The position numbers and the translations under genes are program-made. From the NCBI GenBank assembly GCA_964016885.1, contig OZ024741.1:407526001-407590000 (forward strand): a stretch of 64,000 nucleotides of DNA. The letters run 5' to 3'. Each line of letters begins with the position of its first letter. The first letter of the stretch is position 1. Shown in pieces: positions 1-14,857 of the stretch. The notes under the pieces are model-generated. The model had not been told where the DNA came from. It saw only the letters and a program-made list of their open reading frames with translations, and did not search any database. The stretch comes from Eledone cirrhosa (taxonomy: Eukaryota).

Positions 1-129
1 TAGATATATATGTGTTTTGCAACGAGTCACTTTGTGGCTCAATGAAGAATTAATAAATTAAATAATCAGAGCTATATATCATAAAACATGCCTATAGAAT
101 CACCAGATAAAATATATACCGTTTCCTCT

Positions 130-214
<85 letters not shown>

Positions 215-257
215 TAGATAGATAGATAGATAGATATATAGATAGATAGATAGATAA

Positions 258-675
258 ATATACACAGGTGTGTATGATTGTGTATAGAAGATTATATTAA
301 TAAGAGGAATTCCAACTTTGTCTGATTTACTCGTTTTATTCACAATCCTTTAAAATTTATAATGGTATTATAATGAAATAGTATGGTAGAATATTAAATG
401 TTAAGTGTTAATTGAACAAGTACTTTCATGCTTTCGCAATCTTCAGGTTCATAATGTGTGGTGACAGTCAAGTTTGCAATTATTAACAGTTGAAAATTGC
501 AAACTTGACTGTCACCACACATTAGGAACCTGAAGATTGCGAAAGCCTGAAAGTACTCGTTCAATTAACACTTAACATTTAATATTCTACCATACTATTT
601 CATTATAATACCATTATAAATTTTAAAGGATTGTGAATAAAACGAGTAAATCAGACAAAGTTGGAATTCCTCTTA

Positions 676-680
<5 letters not shown>
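258..680 (-). mobile_element. Truncated Penelope-like element forming a palindrome with ~185-bp arms, in (TA)n
   Basis: 296-480 is the reverse complement of 496-680 with a ~15-nt spacer. Each arm carries a hammerhead motif and both flanks are TA-rich microsatellite. Confidence 0.8.
526..562 (+). ncRNA. Minimal type I hammerhead ribozyme (mirror copy at 414-450 on minus)
   Basis: gaac-CTGAAGA-ttgcgaaagcct-GAAA-gtac-TC-gttc. Stem I is gaac/gttc, and the short palindromic stem III (agtact) is typical of PLE hammerheads. Confidence 0.75.
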
Positions 681-726
<46 letters not shown>

Positions 727-956
727 CACCGTATGGTCTCCGTTTTATTTTTGAGATTCGAAACCGATCGGTAAAGGTAACTATAGTAGGTAAAGTCAAT
801 TTTTTAAAATTTATTTTGAAACTTTTTCATTATTTGCTAAACCTTGTTTATATTTGTTCTGGCTCGTTAATTTATTAACCCGCCATTGAACCACACTGGC
901 ATTTGGTTGGACAATACATGCGGACCTTGGCGCCTTGTGCGTGAAGGAACGTATAT

Positions 957-1027
<71 letters not shown>

Positions 1028-1029
<2 letters not shown>

Positions 1030-1370
1030 AAAGGTTAACAAGGACGGTTGGTTACTTCTTCATTACATTTATTGGTGGGTGACGCGCGTTTCGCCACTAA
1101 TCAGCTCAAGGTTCAATCTGTATCGATCTTACCCGACTCAATAATCGGCAGCTCGACTTAAAGTGTTCGTCGAGCTGCCGATTATTGAGTCGGGTAAGAT
1201 CGATACAGATCGAACCTTGAGCTGATAAATGTAATGAAGGAGTAACCAACTGTCCTGGTTATCCTTTCAATATATTACACTCTGTATAGCTCTACACCTC
1301 AACACAGAAGTGAACCTAAACATCGAGTGCTCACCCGGGTGAACCTGCAGTAACTCCAAGTTACACTCCC
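1028..1370 (+). mobile_element. Truncated PLE (inverted pLTR + direct pLTR + tail)
   Basis: 1028-1157 is inverted at 1169-1270, followed by an unpaired tail with GAGTGCTC (1325). The GAAACGCGCGTC hammerhead stem III signature lies on the minus strand of the left arm. (TA)n flanks. Confidence 0.7.
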
Positions 1371-1761
1371 TATATATATATATATGGATTGACATTCCTA
1401 CGATGACTGAAACCACCTTGAACGTCTTCTCTGCTCTTTACGTCTTACATCCACTACGATTTTTATTACTCTCTGAACTCACTTTCTGTACCCTTATATT
1501 CTTTTTCTCCCTTATCTCCCCTTATATTTAAACTTTTTCCTATGTTATTTATTCCCCCTACTTTCTATCTTACCCTTTACATACACACATTTTTTATTTA
1601 TAGATATTTATTTCTGTGTGTATGTATGTATTGTGTATATGTGTATATATGTATATATGTATGTCTATATGTGTATATAATTATATATATATGTGTGTGT
1701 GTGTGTTTATATGTGTGTGTGCGTATTTTTATTATCGTGGTGATGTAACTTTTTGTATATA

Positions 1762-1819
<58 letters not shown>

Positions 1820-1823
<4 letters not shown>

Positions 1824-2056
1824 AACCAGTAAGACCCCGACAGCTGAGCTCAAGCCGTTTCGACGGCTAATTCTGGACTCAATTAGGTCCAGAATTCTGG
1901 CTAATTCTGGACTCAATATGGTCCAGAATTAGCCGTCGAAACGGCTTGAGCTCAGCTGTCGGGGTCTTACTGGTTCCTATTACCCACTCTACTACCTCAA
2001 GTATTGAGTACTTTGGTGCGTTATGGTCCACCTGGTTCCTTACCACATTTCCTTCG

Positions 2057-2059
<3 letters not shown>
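1820..2059 (+). mobile_element. Truncated PLE, family M (same family as 61061-62855)
   Basis: Inverted arms aggaaccagtaagaccccgac.../...gtcggggtcttactggttcct and a tail near-identical to 62780-62855. A further fragment lies at 2104-2152. Confidence 0.8.
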
Positions 2060-2102
<43 letters not shown>

Positions 2103-2408
2103 AATAGCCGTCGAAACGGGTTGAGCTCTGCCGTCGAGGTCATAAATTTTCCTATATATATATAGAGAGAGAGAGATCTGTATGGTTGTGTGTGTGTATG
2201 TATATATGTGTATGTATATGCATAATTACATACAGAGTGATTTAATGTTTATTTTCATTGATTATTTGCTCCAGGAACTTGTTGAGTGCTCTAAATCAGC
2301 TATAAACTTTTATACCTTTGTCTATTTAATTATTTATTTATTATTTGTCGTATTCCCAAGTATTTGTTTACCCCTTCCACCTTTTTATTTTTATATATAT
2401 ATAATATT

Positions 2409-2469
<61 letters not shown>

Positions 2470-2475
<6 letters not shown>

Positions 2476-3434
2476 ATACTTGGGGAGGGTCATATTTATG
2501 TAATATTGCCAGAATTAATAACAGAACACACTCACTGTTTGGTTGGTTTTCGCTTTTCGCCGTCTTTTATATCTGCGATCTAACTTAATCGGTCCTTAAT
2601 CGTAGCATAGGTGAAAGGATAGACCAACACTGGGGGGAACTAAAAGGACGAAAAAACGGGTCAGTACTATACGAACATGCTAGACAACAACATGACCGTA
2701 ACATAGACAACATAGAAATTAGAATAATATCTAAACATAGGAATGACCCAGCAGATAGGCAAATCAGAGAGGCCAGTGAAATAGAAATTAGAAGACCAAA
2801 GCTAAACAGAAAGAATGAGTGGAACAACAACAACACCCAAACAAACAACACTGACCTAAGAGAAGTATAAATAAGTAAATAAAATAAAATAAAATAAGAT
2901 AAATAAATACATACACAAGCACAATAACAACAAGCACATAAACACACACTAGTCACCCAGCAGACACAACACTATACACACTAGTCACACAGCAAACATA
3001 ACGCTATACACACACGCAAACGCATGCGCAAAGAAGACAAAATAAAATAAACAAACAAGCAAATAAATAAATAAATATATAGACAGACTGAATAAAAAAT
3101 GACGTAGACATACAACACAACAGGAGGAAAAAATATAACACCACTGACGATGTTGCAGATGTGCAACGAAAGATTTATGTAAATTATGTAAACTATATAT
3201 ATGTGTTTGTGTCTATATTGTATCTGTATTATTTTTGACCGTCGGTCAGTCAATGGCAACATTGAGGACCGATTAAGTTAGATCGCAGATATAAAAGACA
3301 GCGAGAAGCGAAAACCAACCAAACAGTGAGTGTGTTCTGTTATTAATTCTGGCAATATTACAAAAATATGACCCTCCCCAAGTATAACAATATTTGTTTC
3401 GACACACGATTTCATATAAAAAACCTCGCTAAAC
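2470..3434 (+). mobile_element. 5'-truncated PLE, family C, with GIY-YIG remnant
   Basis: 2470-2600 is inverted at ~3262-3390. 2601-2870 (+) translates RSIGERIDQH...SVLYEHARQQH...RQIREASEIEIRRPKLNRKNEW, the C-terminal half of a GIY-YIG endonuclease. The tail runs into (TA)n. Confidence 0.85.
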
Positions 3435-3972
3435 TATATATATATATATATATATATAAATATGTATATGCGTGTGTATATATGTGTGTGTATGTATATA
3501 TTTATATGTATGTATGTGTATGTGTCGTTATGTGGGTATTGCTTACCACGTGTGTTTGATTATTTATTTGTGTCATTTACTGTATCGTTGTCAACTTAAT
3601 AATAATTTTATTTTCTTAAGTCTTATTTTTATTTTTTTACTTGTATGTGACGGCCTATTGCATTATATGGTTGTTCATGGTATTTTAATTTTTTTCTTAT
3701 AATTAATTGTGTGTGTGGGTATGTAGGTGTGTATATATATCTATATGTGTGCGTATGTATGCGTGTATATATGTATATATGTATATATCGGCCCAGCACT
3801 ATGTGTCAATAATTGTCACAAGTTTAGTGTTTGTACCAGAGTTTTCAAGTCGCTGGCTGGACTAAACAGTCACACTCGTTCAGCGCATCGGTAGGGGTTC
3901 TCCTACAGGGATATAAAGTAGTGGCCGTACTCGAAAACGAGTTGGCAGCCACCACCATATATGTTTATGTAT

Positions 3973-4056
<84 letters not shown>

Positions 4057-4061
4057 ATATA

Positions 4062-4419
4062 ATATAAGATCAAAGATGGTTAAAAGAGTTCCAAGTATTT
4101 TATTATGCGCATTTCAAAAACAAATATAATCATGGGATGATATCTGCGTTTTCATAAGATAAAATAGGGATACATGATATGAAGCTTAAAAACGCTTGTG
4201 AATAGTGAAGTTTTAAATCAACATATCCCTATTTTATCTGATGTAAACGCAGATATCATCCCATGATGATATTTGTTTTTGAAATGCGCATAATAAAATA
4301 CTTGGAACTCTTGTAACCATCTTTTGCTCTTATATTATTTATACTCCCGTCCTACAAACTGTCGAGTGCTACTTATCCGGTATTTGCATTGCTTTATTGT
4401 GCTACAATAAAACTTACCT

Positions 4420-4421
<2 letters not shown>
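4062..4421 (+). mobile_element. Truncated PLE, family D
   Basis: 4062-4171 is inverted at ~4224-4336, with a tail carrying GAGTGCT (4364). A second copy lies at ~32742-32930. Confidence 0.8.
4231..4299 (+). ncRNA. Type I hammerhead ribozyme (family D)
   Basis: attttat-CTGATGt-[long stem II gcagatatcatc/gatgatatttgt]-GAAA-tgcgca-TA-ataaaat, with a 7-bp stem I. The two arms carry different core mutations, so the consensus is CTGATGA. Confidence 0.75.
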
Positions 4422-4487
<66 letters not shown>

Positions 4488-4507
4488 CGTATGTGTATAT
4501 ATGTGTG

Positions 4508-4546
<39 letters not shown>

Positions 4547-4694
4547 TGTGTGTGTGCATGTGTATGTATATGTGTATGTGCGTGTGTGTGTGTGTGTGTG
4601 TGCATGGTGTTTATCTACTTTTATATTTATTCTTTTTCCTTTCCTTCTTCCTTTTCCAGCCTCACTTTCATATATATTATATTTTTGTTTTTAA

Positions 4695-4879
4695 GATCCA
4701 CTGTCAATAAATACACCAGGATTTTTTCATTCTGATGACTGAAAGCAAATGTTGTTTGCTTTCAAGACACCACTGGTAAATAAAATAATTATCTTATTTT
4801 GCTTATTACATAACTAATAAGCTCTGTAACCTACATAGAGCACTCTTTTTTCCTGGACCTTTCCGACGGAATTACTTCA

Positions 4880-4883
<4 letters not shown>
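4695..4883 (+). mobile_element. PLE pLTR, family E, with hammerhead at 4728-4781
   Basis: Reverse-complement homolog of 7950-8140. CTGATGA, then stem II tgaaagcaaa/tttgctttca, then GAcA-ccactgg-TA. Confidence 0.75.
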
Positions 4884-4920
<37 letters not shown>

Positions 4921-4925
<5 letters not shown>

Positions 4926-7212
4926 ATATTAATAAATGGAAACTATATTTATAAAACCATAATTATTTTATTATATATATTTCAAGGGCAACCAAGGCAA
5001 ATTATGGTGCGCTTCCAACAGATAAAATACAGATTTGTTTTATAAATAAATATTGACATACCCGAAAAAAATAAATCTTCAACTTCTCTATCCATCTTAT
5101 TATGGAATTTAAAATCCAAGAATATAAACTACTATTTATCTTGGAAAGCACCATCTTACACAGCTCTATCCAAATTATGTAGCATTTGCGTAGAGGAAAT
5201 ATTATTTATACTAAAATCTAAGAACTCTATTAACTTGCGGAATAATTTATTTAGTTCTTGTAAACATCGGTTAAACTCAACTTTTAGATATATATATAAA
5301 ATGTAATATATGTTCATTCTTCCTTACATAATGTTTTCTGCATCCAAACACCTATAATCTCTTCCTTCAGATTATATATATTAATATAATTCTAACCTTC
5401 CTAAATATATAAAGTACACTTATTAATTTTAATTTACTCCTTAAAACCTTTACTTTCTAATATTTATATTATCGCACTTATCAATCCTACCTCCAGAAAT
5501 TCTTTTATGAAAATGTTTTGAAAACTTCTAAAGATTTCCTTTGAAACACCCCCTGGACATTTTTGTAAAATTTATGATTAAATTTTTGAAAGGTTCTTTT
5601 GAAAGATACGAAAAATCACTATTTCCATATCTTCCATTACTCGTACATCTTCATGTTTAATACTTATGTATTTTCATATATATCCAATCATTTATATTAT
5701 TTATATATATGTGGAATAACTATGTCTTATATTTTAATTATATTTTAAGATGAATTTTTATAACTTCTTATAACTTTCGTTGTGATTTTTATCTATCCTT
5801 GGAGTCATTTGGGTTTTTAAAAAATCCCTTTTAACTTCCTTTAAACTTCCTTAATGTTTTTATAATCTCAATTTTTATAGTCTTAATTTATAGTCGAAAT
5901 TTTAAATTGTTTTAATATATACTCCTAATTAAGTAATTTTTCCTTTCTAAACCCTCGTAAATCTTCATAAATATTTGATGTTTAAGATTTGACTTACAAT
6001 TAATAACCTCTGGCTAAATATAATTTTGCCAAACTTACTTTAATCAATTAAACTATACTTGGTTTTTTCCAATGCAAAATACTATACATTCAAATAATTT
6101 ATAACCTCTAACATAACATACCCATCTAAACCTATATATTATTAATACATCTTAATACATTTTTAAATACTACTTTTTGTAATATATTTTATTGTAATTA
6201 ATTAAATTTTAGTTAAATTATAATTAAATTTTAATTAAATTTCTGGTTAATTTTTTAACTAAATTATAACAATATTCTTTTGTAAAGATTTTTTATCATT
6301 AATTTAATTTTTTAACTTTACCTTTATAAATAATATAAAGATAGCATCATGAACGATATATTTACATTCTGACTACGCATCCATGTAAAATTTATTTCTT
6401 CGCTCACTTCGCCCCTCTTTCTCTTTCTCTTTATTCTCTCTCCCTCTCACTACTCTTTCTCCCTCTTTTTTTCAATATTTTTTTCAATATTCTTTTCTCT
6501 CTCCCTCTCAATATTTTTCCTCTCTCTCTCTCCATCTAAATCATTCTCTCTCTCTCAATATTATGTCATTTCTCTTTTTTCTTCTATCTCTCTTTCTTTC
6601 TCTTTCTATACCTCTTCTCTCTCCAATCTCACTATTCTCTCTCCCTCCCTTTCAATATATTTTCTTCTCTCTATCTCTCGCCCTCTCAATTTTTTTCTCT
6701 TTATCTCTCTCCCTCTCAATTTTTTGTCTCTCTCCCTTTTACATCTATTTCTGTCTTTCTCCCTTTTACATCTATTTTTGTCTCTCTCCTTTTTACATCT
6801 ATTTTTGTCTCTCTCCTTTTTACATCTATTTTCTTCCAACAGTTTAATTTAAATAAACCGTTGTTTTTTTTTAAATTTTCTGACACTCATTTGCATACTC
6901 ACTCACAACTTTGTATCACCCCTCAATAATCTCCACTATCCAGCGAATTTCAACCGTCGAGGTTGTCTCTTTTTCCGGGTATGTCAATATTTATTTATAA
7001 AACAAATCTATATTTTATCTGATTTTATCTGAACCATAATTTACCTTGGTTGCCCTTGAAATATATATAATAAAATAATTATGGTTTTATAAATATAGTT
7101 TCCATTTAATAATATATTGTATATTTACTCCACTAAACTGTTGAGTGCTTTATATCAGTTATAAAAGATGTTTAAGCTTGTTGAATACCAACAAATTAAA
7201 TATAACCTCTGC
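4921..7212 (+). mobile_element. 5'-truncated PLE, family F, with GIY-YIG C-terminus and long 3' UTR
   Basis: 4921-5070 is inverted at ~6970-7120. ~5073-5290 translates STSLSILLWNLKSKNINYYLSWK...KLCSICVEE...SSCKHR, homologous to the end of ORF 15837-17759. The tail carries GAGTGCT (7143). Confidence 0.85.
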
Positions 7213-7702
<490 letters not shown>

Positions 7703-7708
7703 GATATA

Positions 7709-7900
7709 TAAGTTTATCCCGTGTTCAATCGGAGGTAACCACAGTAAGTAAGGTACTCAATACAAGGCAGAGTATACATATTCAATATAGAAAGGCTTTT
7801 ACAGGACTAGAACTGTTTCATTCGGGAGAAATCATCAGGAAGCCCTGATGATTTCTCCCGAATTAAACAGTGCTAGTCCTGTAGAAGCCTTTTTATATTA
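7709..7900 (-). mobile_element. Truncated PLE, family G, with two back-to-back hammerhead cores
   Basis: Palindrome centred at ~7841. The minus arm reads CTGATGA-tttctcccgaat-GAAA-cagttctag-TC, and the tail lies to the left. Confidence 0.7.
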
Positions 7901-7918
7901 AATATATATATATATATT

Positions 7919-7949
<31 letters not shown>

Positions 7950-7950
<1 letters not shown>

Positions 7951-8140
7951 AATGAAGTATTTCCGTCGGAAAGGTACAGGAAAAAAGAGTGCTCTATGTA
8001 GGCTACAGAGCTTATTAGTTATGTCATAAACAACATAAGATAATTATTTCATTTACCAGTGGTTTCTTGAAGGCAGATGCTGTGTCTGTCTTCAGTCATC
8101 AGAATGAATAAATAACATGGTGTTTTTATTAAATATCGAT
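7950..8140 (-). mobile_element. PLE pLTR, family E
   Basis: Homolog of 4695-4883 that contains an intact hammerhead. Confidence 0.75.
8050..8106 (-). ncRNA. Type I hammerhead ribozyme, intact core
   Basis: catt-CTGATGA-c-tgaagacaga/tctgccttca-a-GAAA-ccactgg-TA-aatg, with a GUA cleavage triplet. Confidence 0.85.
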
Positions 8141-8589
8141 TTGAAAACAAAATTTAGGAAATATGAAAGTGGGGCTGAAAAAAAACGGGCAAAAACGAAA
8201 TAGGGGAAAAAAATTATAAAAAATATATATAAAAAAAATGAATATCCTGAACATAAACATACACACACTCAACTACGCGCATATACGTAATAGCACGTAG
8301 ACGTATACTTTCTCACATAAGCGTATTTGCGTCTACATAGAAATACGAACAGGAACATAGATACATCCACATACATATATACAGATATATATGCACTCAA
8401 ATATCTACACACAAATACGCACGTACACATATAAAAAAACTGTCTATAAACTACTTCCCAATGTCTCTTACATATTGATACGTACTTGTGCATGTGGATA
8501 TATGTATGTATATGATTGTACGTGTATATATATATAACATATATGTTATAGAATACTATTAGCTTCTCGCTAAAACAATTTCTATACCT

Positions 8590-8866
<277 letters not shown>

Positions 8867-8889
8867 TATATATATATATATACATATAC

Positions 8890-8979
<90 letters not shown>

Positions 8980-9859
8980 TGAAATTTCCGTTGAAAACAG
9001 AAAAGGTCATAGAAGTGAAGAGTGCTCTATGTAAGTATCAGAGCAAAATTTTATGTATAAAAATTGATACTATATAATTACCTCATTACCAGAGGTTTCC
9101 CGAATGAGGCGAATACGAAAGAAACGTCTTCATTCGTTCGTCAGACGAGGCAATATAAAACATGGGTAAATACTTGGAAAGTCTCATCAAGAAAAGCAAA
9201 ACAAAAAAAAAAGAAAAAAAAAAGATATAGACAAATGAATTAGAATATGAAATATAAAATAATCTTTCAAGAAATATAGTTAGGTGTGTGTATATGTATG
9301 TATATACGCTCAGAGATGTGCATATATGTGTATGTACATATGTATACGTATAGTGAAAAAGTGTGCGTAAATATATCATTTAGGGCAAATGTATCTGTAT
9401 GTCTGTAATCTACAGACAGAATAGATACATCATAAGAATATGAAGGCACGCGCATAAACACACCTAGACACACGTACACTTAGATGCGGAAGTAAAAGAG
9501 GTAAGGGAGTGTAATAATTAAAGGAAAGTATCAATCTCGATATATTTATAAAAATGGAACAATAATTTAGAAAGAAAAAATTAAAGAAAAGAAGACAAAC
9601 ATACATACACACACACGTATATCTCACAAAAGAAACGCAAAAATATACATGCTTATATGCACACGCACACTTACATATCCATACGTTCGATACGTACACA
9701 CACACACACACACACACACATACTTACACTCACGCATATTGACCTGTTTGCATGCACACGCATAAAAATGAGTAAGTAAAAAAAGGGGGTGAAGAAAAAA
9801 GGAACAAAACATAAAACCTAGATGTAAAAAACACGGATATAAAGACACATACCCATACG

Positions 9860-9921
<62 letters not shown>

Positions 9922-10889
9922 CACGCACGCGCGCGCACATACGTAATTGCTCATGTACATATATAGAAAGTATACACACATTAAGGCGTTCAGCCTCATT
10001 GATACAGGGTGTAAAAAACTTGTGGATAAGTAAGTACAAATATAAAATTATAAAGTTGTAAGATTGGCTGCTCAAAAATAAAAAATAAAAATAAAGATAA
10101 AAAATATATCTGGAGTGGAAAACGCAAATGACATGTGTAATCAGTTAGTGAAGGAAATAGGGAAGTAAAAAATGGAAAGTGAAGATATTAAGTAAGTGAA
10201 TCGGAGAATAAAGGGGGGGGGGGGTTATTGGTGGGTGTGAAGTAAAAATAAAAAAATAAAAAAATGATAAAATAATAATATATAAATAAAAATAAAAATA
10301 AAAATAAATGAAATTAATGATGAGGATAAAAATGAAAGTAAATCAGAAAGGGTAATTATAAAGAGAATAATAAGAGTTTATGGAGGATAAGTATCTGAAA
10401 GTGTGTTAAGTTTATATGAGCTGGAGAGCAGGTGTGATTTCATGTGTGGGCAACTGATGAAAATTTCCGTCTTTGTGTTCAGGCAGGTCTTTGGTGATTT
10501 TAGATTTTGCAATATCCAATATTTTTCATTTATGCAGAGCGTGCATTTTCTTGTTCCTCTAGCATATTTTTTAGATTGGTTCAAAATTGACCAATCTAAT
10601 TTATATTGGATGCCTTGGTCTTTCAAATCCCAAATTCTGCTAGCCAGAGCTATTGTAAATCTTTTTTCTGGATGTCGAAAGGATGCGACATGTGAGTAAT
10701 AACGCGTTTTGAATTTGTCTTGCGTCATACCCACATATCGTTCACTGGTTGCTGGATGGTTGTTGCTGATGGTTGTCACTTTAGCCGCATATACAATGGC
10801 TTTGGTGTTGCATTTACCTTGTAATGGGCATTCACTTTTGATTCTACAGGAGCAAGTTTGATTTTCTCTAGGTGATATTTTGTTGATGA
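8980..10889 (-). mobile_element. 5'-truncated PLE with GIY-YIG domain, ~1.2-kb 3' UTR and hammerhead
   Basis: 10378-10889 translates CSCRIKSECPLQGKC...AIVY...YVGMTQDKFKTRYYSH...CTLCINEK...CPH. The hammerhead is at 9081-9150. Confidence 0.9.
9081..9150 (-). ncRNA. Type I hammerhead ribozyme, intact core
   Basis: cctcgt-CTGACGA-a-cgaatgaagacg/cgcctcattcg-g-GAAA-cctctgg-TA-atgagg. Confidence 0.85.
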
Positions 10890-10900
10890 TATATATATAT

Positions 10901-11029
10901 ATTAGAAAGTGAGGTTTTTTACAAAATGAAAAATAACGGAGGTGTCCTACACGAGTGAAAGTATAAAGAAAAAACGAAAATGCAACTGGAGTCTTATTTT
11001 TTTTAAAATATATATATTTATTTGAAGAA

Positions 11030-11030
<1 letters not shown>
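10901..11030 (-). mobile_element. Short TA-flanked repeat, family H (probable PLE end)
   Basis: Reverse-complement match to ~32655-32727 (aaataagactccagttgcattttcg). Confidence 0.5.
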
Positions 11031-11082
<52 letters not shown>

Positions 11083-11869
11083 TATATATTGAACAACATT
11101 TTTGAATCCACAAATTGTTCTACTCTCATAACTTGAAACACCTATTTTTAAGTAAAATACAAAATGAACACCTTCGTAACTCATATTTGATATATAAACA
11201 ACTAATAATTATAAATTATCTCTATCTCTATAATACTAATACATACGCAATTATTAATATATATATAGATATAAAGATTTACATATACACAAACTAGACA
11301 AAGTCATATATATATATATATTTTTGGCAACAATTCACGATGAGGCTCAATGATGAATTAATAAATGAAATAATCAGAGCAATTAAAACGTCATACCATC
11401 ATTTGAGAAGATATATACTCCATTTCCTCTCCCAATTAGCATAATCAACCACACACAAAAAAAACAATTAAACCAGGCTATAAGATTAAAAGGCACCTAT
11501 GAAGAAATAATAGATAAATAAACGTCAGCCATCTATTCGCGATCAACAGCTATAGAATATTTACCTAGCATTTCAATAGCACGTGGAAGTCGATTAAATA
11601 TATCGTCAACCATACACAATTAGTTATATGTCTTATCAAATGATTCTATGGACATAATTTATAGTATATATATAGATATTTATATACATATAACATATCG
11701 TAATGTAAAAAGATAAAAATACTTACAACCATAATTATTCATATAATCTAATTGATTATATATACAATATTATAACTCCTAATATAGGTATATACATTTT
11801 TTCCCCAAAATTAACGTAAATGCTAGCACTTCTTAGATAACGTTTTTTACAGCCATTTTACTAAACCTC

Positions 11870-12299
<430 letters not shown>

Positions 12300-13031
12300 T
12301 ATGTGTATGTGTGTGTGTGTGTATGCTTGTATATATGTGTGTATGGGTATATGTACGTGTGTGTGTATATATATATGTGTGTGTGTGTATGAGTATATAT
12401 ATGAGCTTTTTGTTTTTATGTTTTTGAATGTATGTTTATATGTGTGTGTACACCCCTTTTTATATGTGTGCGTGTGTATTTGTGTGTACATATTTGAGTG
12501 CGTATATATCTGTGTATATGTATGTGGATGTATTTATGTTCCCTCTGCATCCTTGTCATGTATACATTCCTATTTCCAGCATTTTATTTTATTTTAAATT
12601 ATATTATTTTATATTATTTTATTTTATGTACATACAGGTTTTTTTGTATATGTATGTGCCACCCAATGTGATTAGCGCAAGGATACTATGCGGCCATAAC
12701 ATTTATGCATATTGTGCACTTCCGGGCTTATATCGCCACATGATCGGGTTGGGTCCAAGCCTTAATAACGTTGTCCCATATAATACTATGTGCACCATGT
12801 GCACAGCTGCGCGTGTGTGTACGGATGGAAGGATATGCATCAAGTATGCGCCCTTGATATGAGCATGCGCGGGTACATGTATGTATGTGCATCCACACAA
12901 ATATGCATGCGCACGTGTATGCACATGTCTGGGTGGATGCAATTGTATGAACATGTCTGTGTGAGGGTATGAATGCCTATGTGTAGATCTTTCTTTTTTT
13001 CATCTGTGTATATATGTGCAGCGTCTTAACT

Positions 13032-13165
13032 GTACAGTGTGTGAGTGTAGATATGAGTATATCAACTGTACACACTTCCCTGAGTACAGTGTGTGAGTGT
13101 AGATATGAGTATATCAACTGTACACACTTCCCTGAGTACAGTGTGTGAGTGTAGATATGAGTATA
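13032..13165. repeat. 52-bp tandem repeat, ~2.6 copies
   Basis: Unit gtacagtgtgtgagtgtagatatgagtatatcaactgtacacacttccctga. Confidence 0.85.
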
Positions 13166-13876
13166 TTTATCAAAAATGCCTTCGAAATAACTTTTTTTTG
13201 AAAGTCTGTTCCAAGCATTCATTTAAAAACGTTCTTTGTACAGAGTTTTTTTCGTTTTTAAATATGTATGTTTTAAGGTATTCTGAGGCTGTGTTCTTGA
13301 AACGTTATGCTAAACATTTTTCTAATATTTTTCTAATATTTTTCTAATTTGATTTAAAAATTCCCTCCAACCATTATTTACGGTGATTGTCGCATACAAT
13401 ACAGTTGCGGGTGTGTACGTGATCAGTGTGGGCGAGGGCGCCTAAAGACAGTGAAGACGTCGAAGTGCCGCCAGAAGTTCAAGCATACAACCACTTACCT
13501 ACTACAGTAGTAATTCCGATCTAAGAAACAAATTTGATTGACAGGTGGAGAATGTAAAGAACCAAATAGTGGACAACTATTAGTGGCTAGATATACCGAT
13601 GACGTGTACAATTCTTGATCACTCATAGAATGACAACAACAGGATCTAAGCCGAGAGGCGAAGTATATCGATGTAAAAGGACATAGGAAAATCTGCTTCG
13701 TAGAATCAAGACGTATCTGAGGACCTTGCGATATTCAGAGTCAGGTTCGATCATCACATCGATCGTGCTTCGAGTTGGTCGCCGGAGAAATGATCGTAAT
13801 ATGTCCAATAAATTCCATTTGTCACAACAGTGATTCTCTTTTTTCTGTGATATATATATATATATATATATATATA

Positions 13877-14414
13877 GCGGAAATGAATTAGTTTAGCGAG
13901 GTTTTTTATATGAAATCGTGTGTCGAAACAGATATTGTTATACTTGTAACAGATATTGTTACACTAGTCACCCAGCAGACACAACACTATACACACTAGT
14001 CACACAGCACACATAACACTATACACACACGCAAACGCATGCGCAAAGAAGACAAAATAAAATAAGATAAACAAACAAGCAAATAAATAAATAAATATAT
14101 AGACAGACTGAATAAAAAAGGGCGTAGACATACAACACAACAGGAGGAACAAAGAATATAACACCACTGACGATGTTGCAGATGTGCAACGAAAGATTTA
14201 TGTAAATTATGTAAACTATATATATATATATGTGTTTGTGTCTATATTGTATCTGTATTATTTTTGACCGTCGGTCAGTCAATGGCAACATTGAGGACCG
14301 ATTAAGTTAGATCGCAGATATAAAAGACAGCGAGAAGCGAAAACCAACCAAACAGTGAGTGTGTTCTGTTATTAATTCTGGCAATATTACACAAATATGA
14401 CCCTCCCCAAGTAT

Positions 14415-14420
<6 letters not shown>
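13877..14420 (-). mobile_element. PLE family C, second copy
   Basis: 13960-14420 is near-identical to 2947-3390. The tail is present inverted at 13877-13945. Confidence 0.85.
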
Positions 14421-14499
<79 letters not shown>

Positions 14500-14537
14500 A
14501 TATATATATATGTATATTTATGTTTATGTGTATGAAT

Positions 14538-14731
14538 TTTTTCTCACGAGTCAGTTCCTTCGTTGCTACGGACCTCGGCTGAATTACCGGTCGCTGTTTT
14601 CAATTTTCAAAGCCCTTTAAACTGTATGTTATTACTCTGAGGACCTATACCTTGTCGAGTGCTTGGCTGCAGTTCTGAATGCATTCGTCGACTTAGCTGC
14701 TGCTCTGGCTTCGAATATGCTGTACTTCCAT
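14538..14731 (+). mobile_element. TA-flanked repeat, family A (probable PLE end)
   Basis: Reverse-complement homolog at 35459-35655. Tail motif actc...GAGTGCT at 14657. Confidence 0.65.
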
Positions 14732-14857
14732 TTATATATATATATATAGTAATAATAATAAAATTGAAGACTAAAATCCAAAGAGGGCTCGATAAGGAAA
14801 ATATATATCAAATATATAAGAACCGTAGAGCAAATATTTATTAAAATAACAGATTAA

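Noticed and set aside
36-73. Hammerhead-like aTGAAGA/aTGATGA motif (homolog at ~11344-11380)
   Set aside because: C3 is missing and the stems are weak. It is equally explained as a GCTC...GAGC tail hairpin.
3140-3200. CTGACGA-gttgca/tgcaac-GAAA in family C (also ~14163)
   Set aside because: Stem II and the core are good, but I could not form convincing stems I and III, so it is not called a ribozyme.
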